A stretch of 64,000 nucleotides of DNA from Bdellovibrionia bacterium. Its GTDB lineage: Bacteria; Bdellovibrionota; UBA1018. The position numbers were made by a program, and so were the translations under genes. The stretch is from NCBI GenBank assembly GCA_040399745.1, contig JBBARP010000001.1:138617-202616 (forward strand), read 5' to 3'. The notes beneath the pieces are model-generated. The model was not told the DNA's origin, made no database searches, and saw nothing but the letters and a program-made list of their open reading frames with translations. Of this stretch, positions 1-8,160 are shown piece after piece (the first letter of the stretch is position 1; each line of letters starts with the position of its first letter).

Positions 1-441
1 ACCCGCCAAAGCTCCTAGGTCGAGTGTCAGTGCAGAAGCCGCAACAATCAGAAGCGCCGAAAGACCCACGACTCGGTCAAAGAGGATGCTCCCAAATGCT
101 TTGGCTCGAACTCCAGGAGCTTCGCGCGCGACGTAAAACGCTTTCACGAAATCTCCGGAAACTGCCCCAGGAAGCGCGACGTTAAAGAAACTTCCCACCA
201 GGCTCAGGCGCAGCGTCTGGCCGAAGGGTAGATCAATCCCTTGAGCCTTCAGTAACCACTGCCAGCGAAGGGGGCCCAAAAGTGTTGAAACGGTAATAGC
301 GAGCACCGCAAGCGCCATGGTTTCTTTCTGAAGAAACGCGCTTCGAGTGGCCTCTAAAGAAAGCAGGCCCTTCGAGGCAAGGAACGCAAGAAGCGCCGAG
401 AAAAGCGCAAACTTGAGAAAGAGGATGAGCGCTTTTTTCAT
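1..441 (-). CDS. Lysylphosphatidylglycerol-synthase-TM / flippase-like (YbhN family) membrane protein, truncated by window start
   Basis: Not in ORF track. Manual translation MKKALILFLKFALFSALLAFL...LRWQWLLKAQG...SLVGSFFNVALPGAVSGDFVKA...LFDRVVGL shows the RW..LL, FFN..LPG..GD and DR motifs of the family. ATG at 441-439 overlaps the upstream TGA (ATGA). Confidence 0.8.
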   Translation of the reverse strand, partial: MKKALILFLKFALFSALLAFLASKGLLSLEATRSAFLQKETMALAVLAITVSTLLGPLRWQWLLKAQGIDLPFGQTLRLSLVGSFFNVALPGAVSGDFVKAFYVAREAPGVRAKAFGSILFDRVVGLSALLIVAASALTLDLGALAG

Positions 442-1130
442 TGAGCGCCTTGGGTCAGGAAGTTCGAGAAAATCTTTGCTCCCACCTCGGCGGTGAAAAG
501 CTTGTCGCCTGAGTCGGCATTCAAAAGCTTCTTGGGCTCGCCTTGGAGGCGCTTATTTCTGAGTTCCACATTGGCCTCATGAAGCGTCTTTTCAGGATGA
601 AACTGAATTCCCCAAATGGGCTTTCCTGAAACGGCAAACGCTTGAACTTGGCAAATTTCAGAATAAGCCAAGCGCTTCATTCCGGGCGCGAGTTCACAAA
701 CTTCATCGTAATGAGACGAATACGAATGGAAGGTGCGGGGAAGGCCCGAGAAAAGCGGATCGGTCTCGGAAACTTGAATCTCGGTCCAACCGAACTCGGG
801 CTCAGCCGCTCGTCGCACAGCAGACTTTCCGCCCAAAGTGCGTGCAATCATTTGGTGGCCGTAGCAGACGCCCAAGACCGGTGTCCCGCGGTCGACCCAA
901 AGATTGAGCGCCGCTTGCAAGCGCTCGATCCACGGGGCGTCGTCGTTGGCCGAAGTGACCGAGCCCGAGACAATCACGCGGTCGTAGTGGGTGAGGCGCG
1001 TGGGCAGATCTTCCTGAGGCGCGCGTCTCACTTCCACGGTGGCGCCGGGCACAGCGGCTGCAAATCGCGCTAAGTCTTGAGCGCCCCAATAGGGCTTCCG
1101 AATATTGTTATCGACGACCAGAATCCGCAT
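438..1130 (-). CDS. Stand-alone class I glutamine amidotransferase (GMP-synthase-GATase-like)
   Basis: GVCYGHQ nucleophile elbow and QFHPE give the Cys-His-Glu triad; no synthetase domain. Confidence 0.85.
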   Translation of the reverse strand: MRILVVDNNIRKPYWGAQDLARFAAAVPGATVEVRRAPQEDLPTRLTHYDRVIVSGSVTSANDDAPWIERLQAALNLWVDRGTPVLGVCYGHQMIARTLGGKSAVRRAAEPEFGWTEIQVSETDPLFSGLPRTFHSYSSHYDEVCELAPGMKRLAYSEICQVQAFAVSGKPIWGIQFHPEKTLHEANVELRNKRLQGEPKKLLNADSGDKLFTAEVGAKIFSNFLTQGAQ

Positions 1131-1893
1131 CGGGGATCTTTCCTTTGGAGTCGTAAAAATAAGCGTATTTCAAAAACATGCTGTGAGCTGCATTCACCGA
1201 GATGATGAAGCCGGCCATGCCGTCGAGGAAACCCCGTTTGAGCAGGTAGGTTTCAATGAACTTACCCCAAGGCTTCAAAAGAAGCTTCACGAGCGAGGCC
1301 GGAGCCCCCTGCTTCAGAAGGTCTTGGTAACCGAGTCGTGAAAATTTGAGATTCGTTCGGATCTGATCTTCGATGCAGCCAAACGTGTAGTGAAGGAGCG
1401 GGTGATCGAGCGTGCCGACCGGGCCTTCGACCCGCCATTCCTCATGGACTTTGGGTTCGGTCCACCGAGAGCGGCTTTTCCGCGCGAGTCGCACCAAATG
1501 ATTCGGATACCAGCCGCCATGAAGAATCCAGCGGCCCAGGTACCAGGTTTTTCGGGGCAACCGGAAGGCATCTAGGCCCTGATTCTTCGCTTGTTCCAGC
1601 GTGGCTTCGATTTCAGCCCGCAGGGCTGGGCTCACTTCTTCGTCGGCGTCGAGATTCAGAACCCAGTCATGGGTGGCTTGATCTTGAGCGAAATTCTTTT
1701 GCTGGCCGTAACCCTCCCAGGCGCGCGAAAACACGCGGGCCCCGGCCAAGCGAGCGATCTCGCACGTTCGGTCGGTCGATCCGGAATCGATGACGACAAT
1801 TTCGTCCGCCCACGCGACGCTAGCGAGCGCCCGCGGGAGGTTGGCCTCTTCATTCAGGGTGATCAGAGTGACCGTCAGTGCCGGACGTGCCAT
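1108..1893 (-). CDS. GT2 glycosyltransferase, WaaE/KdtX-like (LPS core)
   Basis: ITLNEE, IDSGSTD, LDADE, VHE motifs. Start moved to ATG 1893 (MARPALTV) to avoid overlap with ugd. Confidence 0.85.
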   Translation of the reverse strand: MARPALTVTLITLNEEANLPRALASVAWADEIVVIDSGSTDRTCEIARLAGARVFSRAWEGYGQQKNFAQDQATHDWVLNLDADEEVSPALRAEIEATLEQAKNQGLDAFRLPRKTWYLGRWILHGGWYPNHLVRLARKSRSRWTEPKVHEEWRVEGPVGTLDHPLLHYTFGCIEDQIRTNLKFSRLGYQDLLKQGAPASLVKLLLKPWGKFIETYLLKRGFLDGMAGFIISVNAAHSMFLKYAYFYDSKGKIPDADSGRR

Positions 1894-1945
1894 GGAAGGT
1901 TTTGGACTAGCACAGAAACCACTTTTCTGGGAACAATCCCGGACC

Positions 1946-3247
1946 ATGAGAATTGCAGTCATTGGAACAGGTTACGTCGGTCTGGTCGCTGGGGCGTGCT
2001 TCGCCGATACGGGTAACCAAGTGTACTGCGTGGATATTGATCCCAATAAAGTCGACTCTTTGAAGCGCGGGGAAATCCCGATCTTTGAGCCGGGCCTGGA
2101 CACTTTGGTGAGGCGCGGGATTCAAGAGGGGCGCCTCAAATTCACCACCTCGACCCCCGAAGCGGTGCAGGCCTGCGAGATTGTTTTCGTCGCGGTCGGC
2201 ACTCCGTCGCTCCCTTCGGGTGAGCCTGACTTACGTTATTTGCAAACCGCCGCCGAAGAGATCGGCAGCTCCATGCCCGGGCCAAGGATTGTGGTGAACA
2301 AGTCCACGGTCCCGGTCGGATCGCACCGCTGGGTCACGGAGTGGATTCAAGCCCACACGAACTATCCGGTTGAAGTGGTTTCAAATCCTGAATTTCTGAA
2401 GGAAGGTTCGGCTGTCGATGATTTCCTTCGTCCCGACCGGGTGGTCATCGGGACGGAAAAGCAGGAAGTTTACGAAAAAATGGCGGCGCTTTATGCCCCC
2501 TTTGTTCGCCAGGGCAATCCAGTCCTTTGGATGGATCCGACTTCCGCGGAAGTAACGAAGTACGCTTGTAACTCTTTCTTAGCGACGCGCATTTCCTTCA
2601 TGAACGAGATGGCACGCCTTTGCGAAAAAGTAGGCGCCGACGTCGAAGAAGTACGCCGTGGAATGAGCACGGACGTTCGAATTGGAAAGCACTTCTTGTA
2701 TGCCGGCGTAGGTTACGGTGGATCGTGTTTTCCGAAAGACGTTCAGGCCCTTCTCAGCACTTCGCGGCGCGAAGGCGTTCGCCTAGGCGTGATCGAAGCG
2801 GCGGAAGAAGCTAACGTGCTTCAAAAGCGATATCTGGTGGACCGAATTCGTGCCCGCTTGGGCAAGAATCTGAACGGGAAATTGTTCGGGGTTTGGGGGC
2901 TAGCCTTTAAGCCCAATACCGACGACATGCGAGAAGCGCCTGCCCTGACTATCATTGATGAGCTGCTTCTTTCGGGCGCCAAAGTTCGCGTTTTTGATCC
3001 GGTAGCGATGCCCAATGCTCGAAAAATTTTGGGTCAGCGGGTCGAGTTCTGTCAGAACGCTTTGGATGCGGCCGATGGGGTGGACGCTTTGATTTTGGCT
3101 ACCGAGTGGAACGAGTTTCGTCACATTGATTTCGAAGCGCTGAAAAAGCGCATGAAATCGCCGGTGATTTATGATGGCAGGAACCTCTGGAACCCGGAGG
3201 AAATCCGGGAACTCGGGTTCGAGTACTCAGGCATCGGAAGGCCTTAA
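1946..3247 (+). CDS. ugd: UDP-glucose 6-dehydrogenase
   Basis: MRIAVIGTGYVG Rossmann start, SNPEFLKEG, catalytic GGSCFPKD, GLAFKPNTDD. Confidence 0.95.
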   Translation: MRIAVIGTGYVGLVAGACFADTGNQVYCVDIDPNKVDSLKRGEIPIFEPGLDTLVRRGIQEGRLKFTTSTPEAVQACEIVFVAVGTPSLPSGEPDLRYLQTAAEEIGSSMPGPRIVVNKSTVPVGSHRWVTEWIQAHTNYPVEVVSNPEFLKEGSAVDDFLRPDRVVIGTEKQEVYEKMAALYAPFVRQGNPVLWMDPTSAEVTKYACNSFLATRISFMNEMARLCEKVGADVEEVRRGMSTDVRIGKHFLYAGVGYGGSCFPKDVQALLSTSRREGVRLGVIEAAEEANVLQKRYLVDRIRARLGKNLNGKLFGVWGLAFKPNTDDMREAPALTIIDELLLSGAKVRVFDPVAMPNARKILGQRVEFCQNALDAADGVDALILATEWNEFRHIDFEALKKRMKSPVIYDGRNLWNPEEIRELGFEYSGIGRP

Positions 3248-4065
3248 TTGAGCCCGCGTTCGCAGCGAACTCGACCCGTGCGCTGAACTGCCTCGAGGAG
3301 TGAGTCATTCGAGGGCGTGAAAGCGCGCCGCGGGTGCCACACGTGGTACTGAAGCGCGAATCCCTTCATGGACTGAATGCGAAGGCCGTAGTTTTTGAGC
3401 CGAAGTTCCAGGTCCGTGTCTTCTCGCCCGTAGCCCTCATAGGCTTCGTCAAAGCCGTTGAGCTCTTCGAGGATTTTTCGAGGGACCGAGTAATTGCAGC
3501 CCTTCAAATCCACGATTCGCTCCATACCGAGAGCGCGCCTGAGCCAAGGGGTTTCTACTCGGATGGTGCGCTGTAAGTGCTCGCTGTCATTCGTCAGCGT
3601 GCTCCAGATCAGGCGCGGTTGCGGCCAATCGAAAAAGCCCTGGGAAACGAACTGCGGAGTGAGCCACTCGCTGATCTTCGGGCCGAGTTCCATTCGGCGT
3701 CCGGCTAAGTAAAAGCCCGCACGCTGCTTTTCCACATGGTCGCGAATGAAGTGGCGATGGGGAACGCAGTCGCCGTCGAGAAAAACGCTGATCTCGCCTG
3801 ATGCGTTTCGCAGGGCCTCATTCAGGATTCGGCACTTTCGGAAGCCCTTTTGTTCTTGCCAGAAGTGGCGAGTGGGAAGGCCAGAGTTCTTTGCGAATGT
3901 TTCGATGATTTTGCGAGTCTCCTCGCCCGAACCGTCGTCGCAAATCAGCACTTCGAAATCGCGAAAGCTCTGGCGCGCTACGCCCGCAAGGACCAGCTCC
4001 AGGTGCTTGGGCATCTCGTAGGTGCTGAGAAAAAGCGAGGCTTTGGGCTGGGAGGAAATCGTCAT
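3244..4065 (-). CDS. GT2 glycosyltransferase with GT7-C-like C-terminus
   Basis: ICDDGS, FLDGDC, NGFDE-Y-GYG-ED. Confidence 0.85.
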   Translation of the reverse strand: MTISSQPKASLFLSTYEMPKHLELVLAGVARQSFRDFEVLICDDGSGEETRKIIETFAKNSGLPTRHFWQEQKGFRKCRILNEALRNASGEISVFLDGDCVPHRHFIRDHVEKQRAGFYLAGRRMELGPKISEWLTPQFVSQGFFDWPQPRLIWSTLTNDSEHLQRTIRVETPWLRRALGMERIVDLKGCNYSVPRKILEELNGFDEAYEGYGREDTDLELRLKNYGLRIQSMKGFALQYHVWHPRRAFTPSNDSLLEAVQRTGRVRCERGLN

Positions 4066-4066
4066 C

Positions 4067-5014
4067 TCACTTCAGCTCCCGGTAGCTGCGGTATTCAAAA
4101 AACCGTCGCCCGGTCCATCGTTCGACTAGGTCCAAGATGATTTTCTTCGCGTCTTTCCAAGACCACTCCAAAGGCGAGTTCTCGAGATCCCAGTTCCAGT
4201 TCTTGGCGCGGATTCGCTCGTCCATCACACCGGGGTGGCTATGGCGAAAGCGCTGAAGGCCCCAGATTTTTTTGTAACGGTAGTTATCGCCCGAATGCGG
4301 CGTCCCTTCGGCGACTTGTTTTGAGTTCGGGTCACCGTGATAAAGCGTGTCCATGAAGAAGGTCTTGGCCTTCATGGCGTCGGGCGTCCTGACCCAGCCG
4401 TAGTGGAAAATGCGCGCCCCTGCTTCGAGAACTCGCGGCTTTGAGCCATCGGGCATGCGGAAACTTTGAGCGTCCCCGATGCTCCTGGCGCCCGAACCGC
4501 GGCGAATGGCGCGCACTTCGCGGCGATAAGCGCTTCGCGTGAATTGAACGACATCGTAGGAGCCGTAGAAATGAAGGTAATCGAAAACCAAGCCGTCCAC
4601 GACCGGGTGCGGGTGCACTTGTGAGATCGCGCGGCGAAGGTTGGATAGGTCCTCATGGTGAAGGACTTCATCGGCCTGAAGATAAACACACCAATCGCCC
4701 GTGCACTGGTCGAGCGCTAGGTTGGTCTGCTCGGCCAGAATCTGGCCCCCCTTCTTCTTCTCGGGGTCATTCAAAGGCCAATCGCTTTCAAAGATTTTCA
4801 CCTTTGAGTCGCCACCGTGAAGGATCGAAAAGCGCTTCACTTGTTGAAGCGTATCGTCGTCGCCGCGGCCGACGTTCACCACGAGTTCGTCGACTAGCGG
4901 CATCAGGGACGCCATGGATTCCAAATACGGATAGTCGAAACGCGTTCCGTTTCGAACCAACGTGAAGCCCGAAATTTTCGGGCGGACCGCTTCAGGGGCT
5001 TGATTTTGAGCCAT
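4067..5014 (-). CDS. GT2-like glycosyltransferase
   Basis: KISGFTLVRNG, YLQADE, FHYGWVR; lies within the GT cluster. Confidence 0.8.
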   Translation of the reverse strand: MAQNQAPEAVRPKISGFTLVRNGTRFDYPYLESMASLMPLVDELVVNVGRGDDDTLQQVKRFSILHGGDSKVKIFESDWPLNDPEKKKGGQILAEQTNLALDQCTGDWCVYLQADEVLHHEDLSNLRRAISQVHPHPVVDGLVFDYLHFYGSYDVVQFTRSAYRREVRAIRRGSGARSIGDAQSFRMPDGSKPRVLEAGARIFHYGWVRTPDAMKAKTFFMDTLYHGDPNSKQVAEGTPHSGDNYRYKKIWGLQRFRHSHPGVMDERIRAKNWNWDLENSPLEWSWKDAKKIILDLVERWTGRRFFEYRSYRELK

Positions 5015-5032
5015 TTCAGGCCGGAATCTAGC

Positions 5033-5815
5033 CTACTCGCGCTGGTACTGCCAGATTTTCACGTGCCGGACGGCCCTAGAAACGCCTTCCAGGATCGAGA
5101 TCACCAGGCCATGAACGCCGTCTTTCCAGGCGCGATAATAGAAGTAGTTTTTTAGGAACATGGCCGGGCCAGCCGTCAGGATGCGAAGCGGGTAAGTTCT
5201 TTGGCCGGCTCGGACCCGGTCCCGGGCCTCAATGGAGGTGTATTTATTCATTTTTTCCAGAAACTTGCCGGGAGCAAAAGCTGGGTCGTGGTGAAGCGGC
5301 TCGTGGATTCGGCCCGGCGGCTCTAGGAAAAGCGGGTATTCGTGGATGTCGTTCTGGTAGCGCACCCCTTCTCGGTGAAAGAAGCGGTCCTGGTAACTGG
5401 GATTCCAGATTCCATGGTGAATGGCTTTGCCCAGGAAGTACTCCTGGCGGCGCACTTTATAGGCCCGAAGAGGCGGGCCCCCGGGTGCTGAAAGCAGCGA
5501 GGTGAGTTGCCTGGCCAGCTCGGGGCTGCACTGCTCGTCACTGTCCACGACCAAGATCCAGTCAAAGCGAGCCTCTTTTAAGCAAAGCTCGCGCTGCACT
5601 CGGAAGCCGGGCCAGGGATTGGTTTTCCAGGTTAGTTTTGAGGCCCAAGGGGCGTCCGGATTCTTTGCGAGTGCTTCGGTGCGATCGGTACTTCCCGCAT
5701 CGACGATCAGGATTTCATCGCACCAAGAAAGCGACTCCAGGCACCGAACCAAGGTGTCTTCGTTGTTGAAGGTGAGGATGGCGGCTGTGACGGGCTGGCG
5801 ACTCTGGGGGCTCAT
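5033..5815 (-). CDS. GT2 glycosyltransferase, WaaE/KdtX-like
   Basis: VDAGSTD, VDSDE, IHE, KMNKYTS. Confidence 0.85.
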   Translation of the reverse strand: MSPQSRQPVTAAILTFNNEDTLVRCLESLSWCDEILIVDAGSTDRTEALAKNPDAPWASKLTWKTNPWPGFRVQRELCLKEARFDWILVVDSDEQCSPELARQLTSLLSAPGGPPLRAYKVRRQEYFLGKAIHHGIWNPSYQDRFFHREGVRYQNDIHEYPLFLEPPGRIHEPLHHDPAFAPGKFLEKMNKYTSIEARDRVRAGQRTYPLRILTAGPAMFLKNYFYYRAWKDGVHGLVISILEGVSRAVRHVKIWQYQRE

Positions 5816-6921
5816 CCGATGACCTTCATCAGTTCCTCGAAAACCGCGCCCGGCGTGATGCCAGTCATGCAGCGGTGCTTTTCAATTTCACATCGATTCA
5901 GGCCGCACCAAGCCGGCATTCCGGGGTCGGCATCTTTTCGGCAAGCCAACCCTTCGATGAAAAGCCGAGGATGGCGATCTTGCGGATAGGGATGCCACTC
6001 GAAAGGATCTTCCGGGCCAAAAATCGTGACCGTGGGAGTTCCTACGGCAACAGCCAAGTGCCTGGGGCCCGAGTCGTTGCCGCAAAAGGCCTGGCACTGG
6101 GTGAGAACCGAAGCCAAGGCACGAATGCCCAGCGTAGTCTCGGTGGTGATCGCAGCACGAAGTTTGGCCCGGGCGTCGGGCGAAGTTTCGAGCTCTTGAA
6201 TTCTCTGAATCGCAGCTTGGCTAAACGCCTGAGCCAGGGCGCCCTCAGAGGGGCCGGCAAGCGCAAGCACTTGGCCGCCGCGCTCTCGAACCCAGCGAAT
6301 GGCCACTTCGGCGAAACGCTCCATGTCCCAGAGCTTGGTCGGGCGGCTTGCGCCTAAGCCCAGTCCCAGAAGGGGCGTGCCGCTCAGGTCGCGGGCTTTC
6401 AGCCAGGCTTTTGCTTGGTCTTTTTCGGCGTCGCTCAGAAAAACTTGGGGGAGCCGTCCCGTGGGGACTTGGATACCGAGGGCGCGAACGGTGTCCATGT
6501 CGCGTTCGATCACGGGCTTGAGCACACCCTTTCCGGGAACCTCCACGGTGGAGTGGCGGTTCTTGTCGCGATGGCCGTGGAAGTGAATGCTTCTGAGTGA
6601 GGCGCCCGAAGCAAACGCGACGGTCGCGCTCGAAGGACTGGCGTGAAAGTTCACTGCGCAGTCGAAGTTTTCTTGGCGAAGCCCGTAGGCCAAGCGAGCC
6701 ACTGCTTTAGCGCGGCTTGCGGCGTGGGGGTGGCGCTCGAAGGTCCAGATTTTCTCGATGCCGGGTAGGCCCTGAAGAAGCGGCGCCCAAGGAGTCAAAA
6801 CGGCGACTTGAATCTGAGCCTGTGGCCAGGCTCGATGTAATTCCAGGAGGGGTGCCGTCATCAGCACGGTGTCGCCTAGGGATCGGAATTTCAGCGCCAG
6901 GATCTTCTTGGGTGAAGGCAT
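5812..6921 (-). CDS. GT9 (ADP-heptose:LPS heptosyltransferase family)
   Basis: SLGDTVL, GASRPTKLW, GNDSGPRHLAVAVGTPTVTIFGP. Confidence 0.9.
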   Translation of the reverse strand: MPSPKKILALKFRSLGDTVLMTAPLLELHRAWPQAQIQVAVLTPWAPLLQGLPGIEKIWTFERHPHAASRAKAVARLAYGLRQENFDCAVNFHASPSSATVAFASGASLRSIHFHGHRDKNRHSTVEVPGKGVLKPVIERDMDTVRALGIQVPTGRLPQVFLSDAEKDQAKAWLKARDLSGTPLLGLGLGASRPTKLWDMERFAEVAIRWVRERGGQVLALAGPSEGALAQAFSQAAIQRIQELETSPDARAKLRAAITTETTLGIRALASVLTQCQAFCGNDSGPRHLAVAVGTPTVTIFGPEDPFEWHPYPQDRHPRLFIEGLACRKDADPGMPAWCGLNRCEIEKHRCMTGITPGAVFEELMKVIG

Positions 6922-6941
6922 GGTGAAATGGACCTTACCAT

Positions 6942-6985
6942 AAAAGAAAACCCCGGGCGGCGTTTGACGGCCGGTCCCGGGGTTC
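6942..6985 (-). terminator. Intrinsic terminator of the small secreted-protein gene
   Basis: Minus strand AGAACCCCGGG...CCCGGGGTTTTCTTTT: GC stem followed by a T-rich tract, about 45 nt after the stop at 7030. Confidence 0.75.
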
Positions 6986-7029
6986 TCGAGATTCGCTCAA
7001 ATCCGGTTGCCCGGAGTCGAACGCAGATC

Positions 7030-7212
7030 TCAGTGAGCTGCGCCTTCAGCGTGAGCAGCTTCTTTGTGCTCTTCTTTTTTTGCAGCTTTCTTGGCTTTCT
7101 TTTCAGCTTTAGCCGGAGCAGCGTCGTGGTGAGCAGCTTCAGCAGCTTTGTGTTCTTGAGCGTTAGCCGAGATAGCGAAAACAGCAGCGATAGCGATGAT
7201 GAACTTTTTCAT
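7030..7212 (-). CDS. Small secreted His/Lys/Ala-rich protein (60 aa)
   Basis: SD AGGAG before ATG 7212; signal peptide MKKFIIAIAAVFAISANA; own promoter and terminator. Confidence 0.8.
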   Translation of the reverse strand: MKKFIIAIAAVFAISANAQEHKAAEAAHHDAAPAKAEKKAKKAAKKEEHKEAAHAEGAAH

Positions 7213-7272
7213 GGTTTCTCCTAGGTAGATGATTTTGAGGTCCCCCAAAGCACTGCGAGTTCCCCATGTGTC

Positions 7273-7301
7273 AAACTAAGGAGGGAATGGAACTTCGGCA
7301 A
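7273..7301 (-). promoter_or_regulatory. Putative sigma70-type promoter of the small secreted-protein gene
   Basis: TTGCCG-17 nt-TAGTTT on the minus strand. Confidence 0.5.
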
Positions 7302-7421
7302 TAGGAAAGGTGAAGTTTTCTTCACTCAATCGAGAGTTCTGAACGGCCGCTCACTGATCTTGAGTTGCTCGTTAGGGTTTTGACGGTTGCTTGGAGTGAG
7401 TGCGAAGCGCGAGGCAGTGGA

Positions 7422-8063
7422 TCAGAACTTCGATTGCGAAGTGTAGATGTGCTTGATGTCGATGTGTGAGAAACGCAAATGCTTCAGCTTCATCGAAGCG
7501 AGCTGCAAAATCAGCTTCGTTTGGCGGCTTTTATCCTGGAAACGGACGCGTTTGATTTCACCCAAGATGAAAGATTCCATCTCGTTTGGGTGAAAGCAGA
7601 AGCCGCGCGAGAACTCATGGCTGGCTTTAAAAGGGATGATTCTCGCTTCAAAAATGTCTCCGCGCGCGAAGCCACGGGCGATCTCGGGAGCTTGAACGGT
7701 GTAGGTCTTGTTCGAGAACAAGTCCTGCACGACTAGTCCCGTTTTCGCCCAGGTTCGGCGCTTCAGGCGGAACACAGAATGGATGGTCGAACAGAAGTCG
7801 CGATAGATGTTCAACTCTTCGTTCGAGAAGCGGTCCTTGTTTCGGCGAAAGTAGTACTTGATGGGCGGCAAGTCCACGCCCGGAAGGTCGCGGTCAAAAA
7901 TGTACCAGTCCATGAACACGCACATGCGCTGTTCAAACTCGACGTCGTCTTCGTAAACGATGCCGGCTTTTTCGAAGAACTCCTGCTTGGCGTTGTAGAC
8001 CTCGCGGTAGTACTCGCCGGTGGTGAATTCTTCGATGATGGGTTCCAGGTAGCGTTCGTACAT
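7422..8063 (-). CDS. Hypothetical protein (213 aa)
   Basis: Protein-like composition from MYERYLEP; the upstream extension in the ORF track overlaps ileS and was trimmed. Confidence 0.75.
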   Translation of the reverse strand: MYERYLEPIIEEFTTGEYYREVYNAKQEFFEKAGIVYEDDVEFEQRMCVFMDWYIFDRDLPGVDLPPIKYYFRRNKDRFSNEELNIYRDFCSTIHSVFRLKRRTWAKTGLVVQDLFSNKTYTVQAPEIARGFARGDIFEARIIPFKASHEFSRGFCFHPNEMESFILGEIKRVRFQDKSRQTKLILQLASMKLKHLRFSHIDIKHIYTSQSKF

Positions 8064-8160
8064 GCGTGTTTCCCGAGGATAATGACCTCGGCCCGGAATA
8101 GGAAGGATTGTCTGAGCAGACTGGCGTGTGGCCGACGAATTTGCTAAGGATTTGGCCATT

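Noticed and set aside
7278..7304. Plus-strand AAGGAGG followed by mini-ORF MELRQ
   Set aside because: SD-to-ATG spacing is only 2 nt and the segment coincides with the minus-strand promoter.
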